Shown piece by piece: positions 1 to 12,674 of a DNA stretch of 64,000 nt. A program made the translations under genes and the position numbers. The stretch comes from Sphyrna mokarran (Eukaryota). The stretch spans positions 12,338,001-12,402,000 of the forward strand of contig JAGIQG010000018.1 of the NCBI GenBank assembly GCA_024679065.1. Direction: 5' to 3'. The stretch's first letter is position 1. Every line of letters starts with the position of its first letter. The notes under the pieces were generated by a model. That model ran no database searches. It saw only the letters and a list, made by a program, of their open reading frames with translations, and was not told where the DNA came from.

Positions 1-1475
1 AACTTAAAATTAAGCTTCACAATTAGATCAATAGTCATTCTTTTGTCTTAGAGGAAATATACAGGGTTACATGGGGTATACAGCACAGAAACGGCTTACT
101 CGGAGTAAGCAGTCCATGCCTGTGTTTATACAAATCAAATTTTGGCAGACTGGCAATGTAACCTTTCAAACTGGTGGTCAGTGTGCATTGCACCATTGCC
201 AAGTCTTTCATTGCTCAGACTGAAGACAGTATTCCTGATAGATATTAAAACACGCTCTCAAAAACCATGGAGTAGCTCCCCCAATTCTCACCCCATTTCC
301 TCACTTTGTGTTTCAGACCTGTGATAAAGGTTGCCACTGCATTACCTTCGTTTCTAAACTGTATTTTGTGTGTCTTCACTCACTTTGTGTATAATGAAAT
401 CCTAGCCACTTTCATTTCTCTAATTTGAAGCTTTTCAATTTAGAAAATATTTGAATTTGAGTATCTCATGTCTAAAGTAAGTGACTTCAGTTCCCTATTC
501 ACCACGGTTTTGCTCACTCAATCTGTCTCCCTTTAGAACTTCTTACTCATCTGCACCATTTGCTCTGACTCCTAACTTGGTGTTATCCTCAAACTAGGAT
601 ACAAACAAATGCCATTTGTTCATCCAAACCATTGATAAATGTGGTGAAATATTGAGTCCGCAGAACAGTTCCAGAATGTGTTTATCCACGGCTGTCTCTG
701 GTCTCAATATTACCACCTCCATCGTAACCAAAACTTACGTAGCACTACTAGCATAATAAAACATCCCATGGATCTTCAAAGAAGTGTAATCTGACAAAAT
801 ATGACACCAAGATACATGAAGATATCAGGACAGATGACACTGAACTTTAAAGAGATATTTTTAGGGGAACATCTTACATGCAGAAAGAGGCAGAAAGATT
901 TAGGAAGGAGTTTCCAGAGCTACAGTCTAGGTATTTGGACTGAAAGAATGGGGGGAAAAGAGTGTAGATTCAAAGATTGGGGAGAAACAAATGGAGGGAG
1001 GGACAGAGGTGCAACAGAAGAGTATTACAGGGGCAGTTGGGGTGAGCAGGGGAATTGAAGAGGAGGGGAATGGAGAGAAGAAGAAAAAATACTCCATCAA
1101 TGTAGGAAGTATTGAATATTTTGAAAGGTTAATGCTGAAATATCCATCTTACAAACTGGATCAAAGTGAGCCAAAGAATCAGAAAGATTAAATATTATAG
1201 CATGAAGGAATTTTTGTACAGTATTGTGCTTCTTGTGAAAAAAAACATTCCTACTAAATACCCAATTTTTTTCATTATCTGGTCACTGCGAGAGTTTGCT
1301 GTGTGCAATTTAGCTGTTATACTGTTCACAACAGTGACGGCACCTCCAAAGTACTCAACTGGCTGAGAGTACTTGGGGATATTCTGAGATCAGAAAAGAT
1401 ACTTTTTAAATGCAAGTTGTTTTTTTTCAAGAAATAGGATAACGGTGGTGGAAAATAGAAGGACTGCCATGCACA

Positions 1476-1690
1476 ACAGTCCAAAGACGTGCGAGTTGGA
1501 TTGATTGGTCATGCTAAAAATTGTCCTTTGTGTCCTGAGATGTGTAGGTTAGAGGAATTAGAAATTAGTAGATGAATGTATAAAGATAAGGATATGGGGG
1601 TAGGATCTGGGTGGGATTGTGGTTGTTGCAGACATGATGGGCCAAACAGCCTCTTTCTGTACTATGTACAGAAAGTTGGGTTTCTATGAT
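1476..1690 (+). mobile_element. HE1-type SINE, 3' half
   Basis: ACAGTCCAAAGACGTGCG...ATTGGTCATGCTAAA...GATGGGCCAAACAGCCTC matches other copies in the window. Confidence 0.75.
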
Positions 1691-2189
1691 TTCTGTGATC
1701 CATTATGGATAAAAGTCTGAGAGGTGTACAAAAATTTATTCAAAATATTTGGGCAAATGGAGTTAGAGCACATACATTTCATAAGTGTACAAGAACTACT
1801 TTTTGCCAACCAATTCAATTTTATTAAACATCCAAGATAATCAGGCTGAATGGGGTTAATCATCTGACATTAAATGACAAATCAACATGGATACGTTGTA
1901 AATGTTATATTTGTTTATAATAGCTTGTGGAACTGCAGTGCATACAGACAGGCACATTAACATGTTTCAAAGAAAGAGGTACAAAAATATATTCTAAATG
2001 AAGGAAGGGATATAATTTTCTGGATCATTCTCCAAAAGTGCACTCATTGATATTCCCCTTGCTGTGATCAATTGCTCAGTCTTCCCAACTGACACTGTAA
2101 ACTCTCAGAAGACTCAGTCCTTGGAGAAACCTTCACAATGCTTCTAATACACACCTGTTTTCCCAAGTACAAGAAAAACAAAGCAATAC

Positions 2190-2314
2190 CTCAATGAGTA
2201 CAACATCTTGATCCTCTGTCAGTTGATTCTCAATGGCCTCAACTGGTGGATCATCATCTGAGTCAGAATCATCTGTGATGGTGATGACTGGAGTATGGCG
2301 AGGGTCTCTCCATA
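2190..2314 (-). CDS. RNF216: Probable RNF216 second coding exon (VWRDPRHTPVITITDDSDSDDDPPVEAIENQLTEDQDVVLIE); gene continues beyond window start
   Basis: TTCTAG acceptor, GAG|GTATTG donor; two SIM-like hydrophobic-acidic motifs (VITITDDSD, DVVLIE) similar to recalled human PITISDSSDEE and DDDVILTE. Confidence 0.7.
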
Positions 2315-3584
2315 CTAGAACAGAAATTGGAGAATAATGACTTGGATGCAAAAAAAAATTAATTGACATTTTTTCTTACTCTCATTGTGTTGCGCATAGG
2401 TAGCAAATAATATGGTCAGGAGCCAGAGCAGCTTGATAACAAATGCAAAAGACTGGGACAGTTAGATAGCGTGGGAAACATAGCACAGATGAAGTGAAAT
2501 ATGATGCTAGGATAAAGTGTGAACAGAGCAGGAAACAATTCCTTCAGGCTGATGCAGGAGTGGATTATCTTAACACTGTCAAGCTGGTGAAGACAAAGGA
2601 TTGGTTCTGCTTAACAAACTATGTTTGCATAATTGCTTTTTATTATGGGTTACATATCCATTAGTTGCAGTGTTTCTTCTTCCAAAATAAAAGATGGTCA
2701 CATTTCAGTCAGTTTTAATTGCGGCTTGCTCAAATTTTACTGCCTTTTTCCATTAGTATTTGGGTTGTCAACTGACAACATACCCTGCCCTACTTTATGA
2801 AAGACAAGTCTATCTTCCAATTATACAAATACCTAGCTACATTCATTATACCCTGTCCACAACTTGAAAATGCAAAATGAGTGGCAGTCTTAAACGTATG
2901 TGTGCCTGCAGAATGCTTGTGCAAAGTTACACTGGCCCACTTGAATAACTATACTCTGCTATCTGGTTGGAGTGCTCTATTCTGGGCAGCTAACAGCTAA
3001 GACAAAGGACTTTGAGGAGTAGAATGCAGCTCACACCCCCTGCATGTCTCTTTTGAATAAATTTATAACTTATTGTTTTGAAAAGGGTTCCACTTATTAT
3101 GAACCAAGTCATTTAATAGCATTGGGAGAAAAAGATCAGAATGTCCCCCACGTCCCCCCCCCCCCTCCCCAAACCAACCAGGAACTGAATTACATAATCT
3201 GCACTCCTTTAATTCTGAGGCGCTTTGCGTTTTTTTTTGTCAGCTTTAAGGCTGGGGGAACTAAGCTGAGACATGTTCAATTCTGTTGCTACTGAATAAA
3301 GGACTAAGAAATAAAAATGCCATAATAAGCAATCTCACTAAGAGGCTAGCAAACTGTTGCAAAATCTCATCAGCCCAATGCACCAACATTCTTCTGGCTG
3401 GGACTGTGTCATATCAAAGACAGAATCCAAGTAGTTTTACTCTTCAATCAGTCCAGGAGACAACTTAACAAGGAGTATTTAACACAGCATTAAATGTCAA
3501 AATGAGGAAATGTTTAATTCCTAACTCCAGTTCCAACATCTAGGAGAGAATAAAAATTCACAAAGTACAATTTCTCACAAGTAT

Positions 3585-3900
3585 GGGCAGCACATTGATA
3601 AACATGCTGCCTCACAGTATCAGGGACTCGGGTTCAATTCCGACCGTGGGTGACTGTGTGAAGTTTGCACAGTCTTCTTGTGTCTATGTGGGTTTCCTCT
3701 GGGTGCTCTGATTTCCTCCCACAGTCCAAAAACATGCAGGTTAGATTGATTGGCCATGCTAAATTGTCCTTTACTGTCAGGGAGACGAGCTGAATAAATA
3801 CGTACGGTTACTGGCATAGGGCCTGGGTGGGATTGTTGTTAGTGTCGGCTCGGTACATTGAAATGCCTCCTTCTGCACAGTAGGAATTCTACAGTTCTAT
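3585..3900 (+). mobile_element. tRNA-derived SINE (HE1/V-SINE type)
   Basis: tRNA-like head with B box GGTTCAATTCC, central GGGTTTCCTCTGGGTGCTC domain, LINE-derived tail. Confidence 0.85.
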
Positions 3901-4749
3901 TAAAATATATGTTCAGCACTTATTTTAAACAACAGCTGCATTGTCATGCTTTCATCTTATAAAGAAAGCAACAACCTTAAGTGTTAAAACAAAGAAATTA
4001 CAAGATTTTAAAGCTGAACATAAGAGATTTGGCTCCCAATTAGTACCTCCTTAATATTTTCATGGCTATTCCAAGAGAAGGGAGCCAAAGTGAAAAAATT
4101 AATAAAAATTGATTCCATTCCAGAAATATTTCTGCAACATATCTTTAGCTTCCAAGCACTCAACGTTAAGTTGTTACTTTAATAATCTTCAGGGAAATAT
4201 TGTCTTACTTCAATCTCCTAATGCAATCACTCATTACAAAAATATACAAATTGTACAAATTCCAACATATTCTGATGATGGAGCATCATATGTGATCTGT
4301 TTTACAAAACATCTAAATCAATTTACACTTCTGGAGGCAAATAATCAATATGAATTTGGCAAATGCAATTGTGTACAATTTAAACTGTGAAAGAATGTAA
4401 ACCTGGATCACCCTCCCTAAAAGATGCTGGGGCAAGGATCATTTCAAAATCAATTAATAGATTTGTTAGGCAAGTATATTAAAAGTTACAGAACCAAGCA
4501 GGATAAATGGAAATGGATCAGCCATGAGCTAAATGAATGGAGAAGGGATGGATGTTCATTGCTGAAATAGTCTCCACAAGAAACTGCACAAATACAACGA
4601 ACGGAATGGTATCCATGCTGGAGAAATATTATTAATCATGTGAAAAATTATGCAAAGGCAGCTCCTGTTTACACATTACTTTTGCCATCATTCATTAACA
4701 CAGGAAAACTACATGAAATAAAACATTGCAGTGACATTGCAGTACCTAC

Positions 4750-4816
4750 CACTGTGGGAACTGCCTTGGTACATGGAAACGTTGATTACTTCCTCCTCCA
4801 CTATTTGTTCAGCCAT
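4750..4816 (-). CDS. RNF216: Probable RNF216 (TRIAD3 RBR E3 ligase) first coding exon, MAEQIVEEEVINVSMYQGSSHS(V); whole exon 4750-4862
   Basis: ATG in good context (GCG ATG G), TTTGCAG acceptor, G|GTAGGT donor, 67 coding nt; resembles recalled human N-terminus MEEGNNNEEVIHLN; phase 1 joins the next exon in frame. Confidence 0.65.
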
Positions 4817-7269
4817 CGCCGCACAATAAAGCAGAATCTAGCACTCCAAACGTTTCACATACCTGCAAATAACGGACAACATACTTTAGCCAAATGTATT
4901 GTCAACGATGAGTGTTTCAGCTTAATTGTGTCAATAATAGTTGATTACAAAACAGAAGAGAAACTGCAGTTCAAGCTACACAGCAATGAAAGATCTGCTT
5001 AAATATCTTTCATGATCTTCAACCGACAAAATCTGGAACATTAAGACTTGGCTTCAACATGGACATTAAAAGAGAAATTTCATATTTTGAAATATTTTGA
5101 TCGATATTATGAGTAAGATGTTAATGCACAATTAAGCACTGGTTATAGTGTGTATATGCTCAGAGAGATTTATTGATTCAATAGTGTATACTCGGTATGT
5201 CCAGAAACGTCTCAGTCAGTCAGCATCAGTTAATTATGCATTCGGGTCTGAATAAAAGGCTTCTTGTACTGTACACAACTTCTACATAAACACACGAGTT
5301 TTGCAAGGCTGTAACTCTATTGAGTGTTCATGTGTAGAGTTTTCAATGTACAAAAGTACAGTTTTCAATCATCGCAGATTTGGCAGCCAACCCTCAGATG
5401 CATGTTAACAATGGGCAGCCAGCGGCAGGAGATGTTATCTCAGCATTTCCACTGGTGCTCAAGGTGCATTTGATGTCACATTCTTTTGGCACCCAGAGAT
5501 TGCCGCTTTTATTCAAACAAGGAACAGTACTGAATTCAGCTCAGACTGTCCCAGACCTGCAGTCCCATGCTAACCTGGCAGCAAGTGTGGGCACAAGCCC
5601 AATTTTACACCTTTTGTGTTCCTCCCATTTTACTGGGGGTCACAATGTCGGTTGATCAATGTTCTCTATCTCTTCCTGAGGGTCTCCAATTCCTCTCCCA
5701 ATCCTGTGCTTAAATTTCTTACGTAACACCTCTCCACTTGATTTGGGACTTTCCTGGCAATCTCAGCTCCATGAGGTCAGCGGTCTCCACAAAAACTCAC
5801 CATTCCATTTTAATCTCTTCTTGACTACTTTTGTCATTCACACAATTATTCTCACCCCTCCAATGATATACTGGTTCCTGATATTGTTCTGATACTCCAC
5901 ACATTCATCTCAGCACCCAATCTCATTTGCACCCAATTGTTGTTTGTCTCTTCTTCATGTTGCCCAAGTTGCTACATAGTGGAACAAGGCAGTCTTGTGG
6001 GTTCTTCCTTTCAGGAAATGGAGGGCAGGGGGAAGAGTTCACTCGGCAAGCCCATTGGTCCATGGCCCACTGTTCAGCAACCATTGTTACAAACAAGGGC
6101 AACCAGGATATATGGTGGATGACAGAGGCTTTTAAGATAGGGTTTGTTGATAATTGAGTTTTCCGATGGTACAGTCACTACATTTCCTGCTGCTTTATAG
6201 TATTCTGTCACTGCTTTATGTCTCAGGTGCATATTTATATCTGGCTCACAATGCACTTATGCATCGCATTCTCATAACAATGCAACCATCCGGACAATTA
6301 GAGTCCAATCTAAAACATCATTTGCAAGATCAGGCCAGTGATACGCCCTGTTTAGATTACACATTCGGTATTGGGAATTTTCTTCAGAATGAATTTGTCC
6401 TCCTTCCATTCTTACACCAGCTTGCCATCAATGCCAAATTCCCTTGCTCCAGCACAGTAATGAGTTGACAAATATTAAGTTGAGCTTGAAAGTGGCTTTG
6501 TACTTGATGTTTTTGTAGAAGGACCCATTTCTGTTCATCGATTGCCATGCACAATCTGCTCTGTGGATCAGTGAGCTCAGTTGTTCTGTGTAACTGTATC
6601 TTAAACTCTCTCACATCTGAACAAATCAACCAATTTTGTCTGCTTGATCCTATACACCAACTAATAAAGCACTTATAACCCTAAATATATATTTCTGAGC
6701 TGATAAATTAAGGTTGACTCAATGTGAAAATAGCTCTAAAGAGACATTTATTAACTCAAAAATGGGGATCAATCCAAAGGCCAAGAATGAACATGCACTT
6801 GGACAAGAAAGAACTTAGCCTTCCATGAGGGTTAATTTCTAAGTCTCAATTTACAGTATAGAATCACAGATCTTAAAGCTCCCTCCGCTGTGAACACATT
6901 GCAAAAACCCATTATATGACATGTTTTGATTTGCCCAAAGCTTACAAACAAAAATGTTAATAAATGGTCAGGTTTTAGTACTGGTTATCTTGTAGGTCAT
7001 ACTTGAAAACGCACTGCACATAGAACCAGTTTTCTTGTTGTCTTTCCTTAAACTAATGTGGAGTATCCAGTGAATGTGTGCACAGGGAGAATAAAGGGAA
7101 TGATACCAAGTACATAGATGCAGTGAATTGTAACAATGTTACTCCTATTGGTTTCACAAAATGATTCAAATCAACTGACAATAGGAGAAGAAATATTACC
7201 CAAAAGTCAAAAAAAGTTTTATAAACTGATGATAAAATGCCACTGATTTTAAATGCAATACAGACACGA

Positions 7270-7855
7270 AGAATTCTTTTTAAACAATAAATTACCATGG
7301 GGCAAGGTGGGTTTAGAAATGTTTGTGCCCTTTCTCCTCTTGGCGATAAAGGGGCTTCTGGGTTTGGACACAGCTATAAAAGATATCTTGATGAGTTGCT
7401 GAGGTGTGTTCTGTAAATGGTACACACTGCTGTCACTGTCAGAGTGAGTCAATGTTTAATATACTTGATGGGATAACAATCATGCAGTCACCTCACTCTG
7501 AAAGGTGTCAAGCTTGCAGTATTCTTGGAGCTACGCTGATCCAAGCAAGTGGAGAATATTCCATCAAACATCTGACTTTCCCCTTGTAACTTATGGAAAG
7601 GTTTTGGCAAATGAATTGCTGTAAAATATCTAAATTCTGACCTGTTATTGAAACTGTGGTACTTGGACATCGTTGACCCAAAGTGGTCAAAGATGAGCTT
7701 CAGGAGGCTCTGGTAACAATTTCAGCAATCATAATGCCATTGAATGAAAAAAATGGTTAGATTCTCTCTTGCTGGAGATGGTCATTTCCTGGCATTCATG
7801 TAGTGTGAATGTTACTCATCACTTGTCAGCCAGTTCTGAGTAAGTCCAGGTTTTG
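7270..7855 (-). mobile_element. 3' fragment of CR1/L2-group LINE
   Basis: VRCLMEYSPLAWISVAPRIL motif typical of LINE ORF2 C-terminus; similar to 38860-39670. Confidence 0.65.
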
Positions 7856-9097
7856 TGGGGCCTGAGTCGAAGTTTGAAGGGTGGGGGTAGAATGCTTGCA
7901 AGCAGAGGGTGGTGGAATAATAAAAGGAATTAAACGTGATCCTTGAACTAAACTTTGATGTGTTGAAAAGTAAAATGTTATTTTGCTTTGAAAACTAAAC
8001 TAATTTATCATTTTAAATACAGACAAACAACATTTTTCAGGGGTACGTTTCCTCCTGTGAAGTTTGTCCTTTTTAGATGTTCACGCTTGCTTGCTGTGCA
8101 AAAGTGAAGGAACGTTGTGCATATCATAGTTTAACTACAAAGCCCATATAACTATTTGCTTTAAACTGTGACGGTAAAATTAGGTTCATTCTTTAAATAA
8201 CAATGTTATGAGAGACCACTGTTAACTTTCTTTGAACATGTTGGGCAGGTTTTGCTAATATTCTAGATTGACTGATATTAGAAGGAAGACTTCCAAAAAT
8301 GGTTATGGTAACCATAGGGAAGCGAGGTTATGAAGTTATACGAAGATTCAATGGATTTGTACTCCTTTGGGTAAATATCAGTCAAGGAGATGGGAATAGT
8401 GGAAAGTTGGCAAGGAAAGCTAGAGGAACCAAAAAAAAGTAAACAGCTTCTCATTCAGAAGAAACTTTAGGCAGGTTTAGGCAATGATTCCAAAAACAAA
8501 TGTTGCAGTCGTCACATCAGTTCATGTTGCAATTTTTGAGAAGCAGTTAACGTTAATGGATGTCATGAGACTAAGTGCTTAACTCCAGGATTTTAGTAAA
8601 CAAGAAAGTCTTACAGTTTAATTGCTCTCTAAAACCTAGTCAAGTTTCTATTCAACATTTAACTTAACTATAACTTAATTCAGTGTTAGTCATTGATAAA
8701 CAGCTCACTGCTATTAGCAGCTGCAGTTAGTGAATTAGAACTGCTCTCCGAGCCAGCAGTTGCAGACTTAGATGATTGGAATTTGATCCAACGTAAATAC
8801 AGGAGGTTAACAGATGCACAAATTAAGTTACACAAAGTTGAAGCTTAAAATTTACCACAATGGTATTGAGTCTGGCATTTTGGTCAGTGAGGGGAGTCAT
8901 TGCCGCAAGGCAGGAGGTGCTATTCTGGACTTTTACAAAAAGGAGTGGTCCAAGAGAAGGAACCGGAAACAGCAAGGCTAGAAACGTGAACACCACAGAG
9001 ATTAATTAGGTGAGCAAGGAGGTGATGGGTTTTCAGGTTTTATTTCTCTAAGCTTAAGCAGTAGTTAAAACTGGTGCTGGTGAGATACAAATACATT

Positions 9098-11070
9098 GTT
9101 CATCCATTGTCGTTGATAAGGACATCAACACCATTAGTCATTTTGAGGCAGATTGTGGTGTCTCCAAAGATGACTGAGCAGATCAATTTGGACACGGAAT
9201 GTCCTGGCACATATCGGACAGAATTATGTAAACACTGTAGTTGTTGTGCTGGTGGCTCTGGTCGTGCTCAGCTTGCGCTTAGATTGAGCTTCAGCAATAC
9301 AACTTGCTTTGCGAGCTTGACAGCCTTTGTGGATGAGGCAGCGCCAGGTTGGACGGTTTTGTGTCAGTGTTTCCCAGGTGGTCGTGTCTATGTCAAGCGA
9401 CTTCAGGGAGGCCATGAGTACGTTCTGAAACATTTCTTCTGCCTGCGCACCTCTCCCCTGTCATGCAAGCAAAGACAAGTCACGTGGAAATGATTGCGCT
9501 GTCTTGCATGCCTTCAACAGAGTCCATGTTTCACAGGCATACAGGAAGGTAGTGAGTACTGCGGTGCTGCAGACTCAGTTTTATTGCTGAGCTGATTCCT
9601 CAGTGTTCCCGTACAGTGGAACGCAGTCTACTAAAAGCAGAACTTGCCTATGCGATTCTACAGTTAACTTCTGTATCAACAGTCACTTGCTGCCAAGATA
9701 AGTGAACTGGTCCGCTGCTTGTAGTTTCTGCCCTTTGAATATGATTATGGTTTCTGTGTACAGTGCATGAGGAGCAGGCTCGTGCATGGCTTTGGTCTTT
9801 GTAATGTTGATGGTGAGTCCAAAGCTGCCACAAGCCATGGAAAATTTGTCCATACTGACTTGCATCTCTAGCTCTGCACTAGCATACAGGGTGCAGTAAT
9901 CAGCAAAGAGGAAGTCTCTCAGAACAGTCTCCTTCACTTTGGTGATAGCTTGAAGTCTCCTCAGGTTGAAGAGCTTTTCATCCACTCTGTACTTGAGGCT
10001 GATTCCAGCAACACTGTCCTGGAAGGCCATCACTCAGTATGGCAGGAAACATCATACTGAATAGTGTGGATGTGAGCACATAGCCACGTTTAACACCATT
10101 GGTGACTGGGAAAGCCTCCGAGGATTCTCCGCCATCCAGTCCTCTGGTCATTATGCCATCATGGAACTGGCATATCCTCTGAGTGAATTTGGGAGGGCAG
10201 TCAAACTTGGACATGATCCTCTGCAGGCCTTGTCAACATATAATGTTGACGGCTTTCACAAGGTCAACAAAGGTTGTGCAGAGCTTGTGATTCTGCTCCT
10301 GACACTTCTGAAGTTGGCACGCAGCAACAATCATGTCAATACCCCGACTTTTGCAGAAGCCACAGTGACTCTGGAAGCAGGCCCAGCTCCAGACAATTTA
10401 GCAGGATTCTTGCAAGGGCTTTTCCTGTGATGGAAAGCAACATGATTCTCGGTGGTTGTCGCATACTTGCCAATTGTCCTTCCTCTTGTAGAAGTGTACG
10501 ATAGAAGCATTTTGAAGTTCGTAAGAAATGGATCCTTGCTTCTAAGAAGACTGGAACAACTCAGTGAGCTTTTAAGTACAGGACCAGCAGCTTTATAAAT
10601 CTCTGCGGATATGGCATCTGCCTCTGGGACTTTGCCACCGGATAGCTGGCTGATAGCTTTCATGACTTTAGCTATTATTGTTGGGTCATCCATGGCGCTA
10701 TTGATATGAACCTGGGCAATCCTATTTATTGCCTCATTGTTAATAAATGACAGTCTGTTGAGGACAAAGTGTTCAACCCATCTCTGCAGGATCTGGGCCT
10801 TCTCCGTAATGAGTTGTACCATCTGTGCTCAGGAGGGGGGAACTCCCAAGAGATTGAGGTCTGTAGAGAGTGCTGAGGGCTTCACAGAACCATTTCAAGT
10901 CATTTCTGCCCTCATATTCCTGTATTTCATTTGCCTTGGTGCTCAGCCAGGCATCTGCATTTTATGCAGTTTATTCTGGACTGTCCTGCGAGCACTGGGA
11001 AAAGCATTTTTTTTTGGCAGCTGATGATGGGTTGTTCTGATAGGCCCAATGAAGACGGTGCTTTTCAACA
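9098..11070 (-). mobile_element. Decayed RTE-clade LINE (reverse transcriptase region)
   Basis: Frameshifted ORF pieces: ILQRWVEHF, AISQLSGGKVPEADAISAEIYK, FPVTNGVKRGYVL, LFNLRRLQAITKV, RDFLFADY. Confidence 0.9.
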
Positions 11071-11502
11071 AAAGTAGCCGATGGGATACAAGTATCATAC
11101 TCAATTAAAAGCATAACTCATTCATCTCCGTATTATATGGATAATTATGTTCTGATATTTTTATTTAGCTGGGCTTCACGTTTAAAACACACAAGGTGGT
11201 AGGGCAGGTGATGTGTTGCAGCTGTTGTACGTGGGTTTTAGTGGACATCCGTGTGATTCACAACAACCACATGTGTATAAACTGTCCACAGCTCAAGGAA
11301 CTTCAGCTCAAGAATTGAGAATCTGGAGTTTGAGCTTCAGACACTTCAATGTATCAGGGCAGGGAAAGGAACCTCGACATTTTGTTCCAACAGGCAGTCA
11401 CATCCAAGGGACAATGGCCATGGAGATCCAGAGGTTAAGAATGAAGGAAAATCATTGTTCCTTCATTGCATTTGTCCAACAGGTTTCATGTTCTTGCAAA
11501 AT

Positions 11503-11814
11503 GGGCGGCACAATAGCATAGTGGTTAGCACTCCTGCTTTTCAGCTCCAGGGTTCAATTCCCGGCTCAGGTCACTGTCTGTGTGGAGTTTGCTCATTCTC
11601 CTCATGTCTGCGTAGGTTTCCTCTAATTTCCTCTCAAAGACGTGCGGGTTAGGTTGATTGGCCATGCTAAAAAAATTCCCCTTAGTGTCTAGGGATGTGG
11701 AGGTTAGAGGGATTTGTGGATATAATATGTAGGGATATAGGAGTACCTGGCTGGGATTGTGTTAAGTACAGACTCGATGGGCTGAAGGCCTCTTTCTGCA
11801 CTGCAGGTTCTATG
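11503..11814 (+). mobile_element. HE1-type SINE
   Basis: GGGCGGCAC...GTGGTTAGCAC head, B box, conserved core and tail. Confidence 0.85.
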
Positions 11815-12149
11815 ATGTATGATGTATAACCTAAAATAAAAGCAAATTACTGCAGATGAAGGAACCTGAAACCAACAGGTCTGGCAGCTTCTGTAAGGAG
11901 GGAAAATAGTTGACATTTCAAGTCCAGACGAGCTTTTGTGACAGCTTTGGCAGACCTGCTGACACTATCCTAGATTTTCTCTTGATGTTCTTGCACTTCG
12001 TTTGAATGAGAGGAGGAACTAGAGGGAAAATGAGCAAACTGAATATAGCATGATGGTGCATGGAGTCATCCACGCAAGAGAAAAAGGAAAATGTAGTTTT
12101 AATAGGGGATCATATTCAAAGGGAATAGATGGTGTTCTCTGCAGCTGAG

Positions 12150-12670
12150 AGACTAAGTCATGAAGGTGACATTGCCTGCCGACCCAGTGCCAGAGTTGTG
12201 TTGGCGTTTAAACTATTTAAAATCTACATCAAAAACTTGGATGAAAGGGCCAACTCCGTTGTGATCACATTTGTTGATGACACAGAGATATGCAGGAGAG
12301 CAAGTTGTGATGAGGATACAAAGAAGCAGTCAAGATAGATAGATGAAGTGAACAAAAATTTGCCAGTTAAAGCATAATATGGAAAAACGTGAGGTTATCT
12401 CCAGGGGAAACCAAAAAGCACAGTATTATTTAAAAAATGCTGCACGAGGATTCTTGTGTATAAATCACAGAAGGCGAGCACACAGGTACTTCAAATGATT
12501 GAGAAGGAAAATGAATTGTAGGTATTTACTGCAAAATGATGGAATATAAAAGTTGGGAAGTCTTGTTACAACTGAAACTGACAAGACTTCATCAAGAATA
12601 GTGCACGACATTTTGGTTTCTTCAGGGGTATACCTGCATTAGAACAATTCAGAGAAGCTTCACTAAGCTG
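12150..12670 (+). mobile_element. CR1 LINE reverse transcriptase fragment
   Basis: LFKIYIKNLDE...ITFVDDTEIC corresponds to the degenerate CR1 FADDTK region. Confidence 0.7.
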
Positions 12671-12674
12671 CTTC

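Noticed and set aside
1-2189. Search for the next large RNF216 exon
   Set aside because: No suitable open minus-strand frame with splice sites was found; it presumably lies beyond the window start
3585-3660. tRNA-like A/B boxes here and at other SINE heads
   Set aside because: They continue into SINE core and tail sequence and do not form complete cloverleafs
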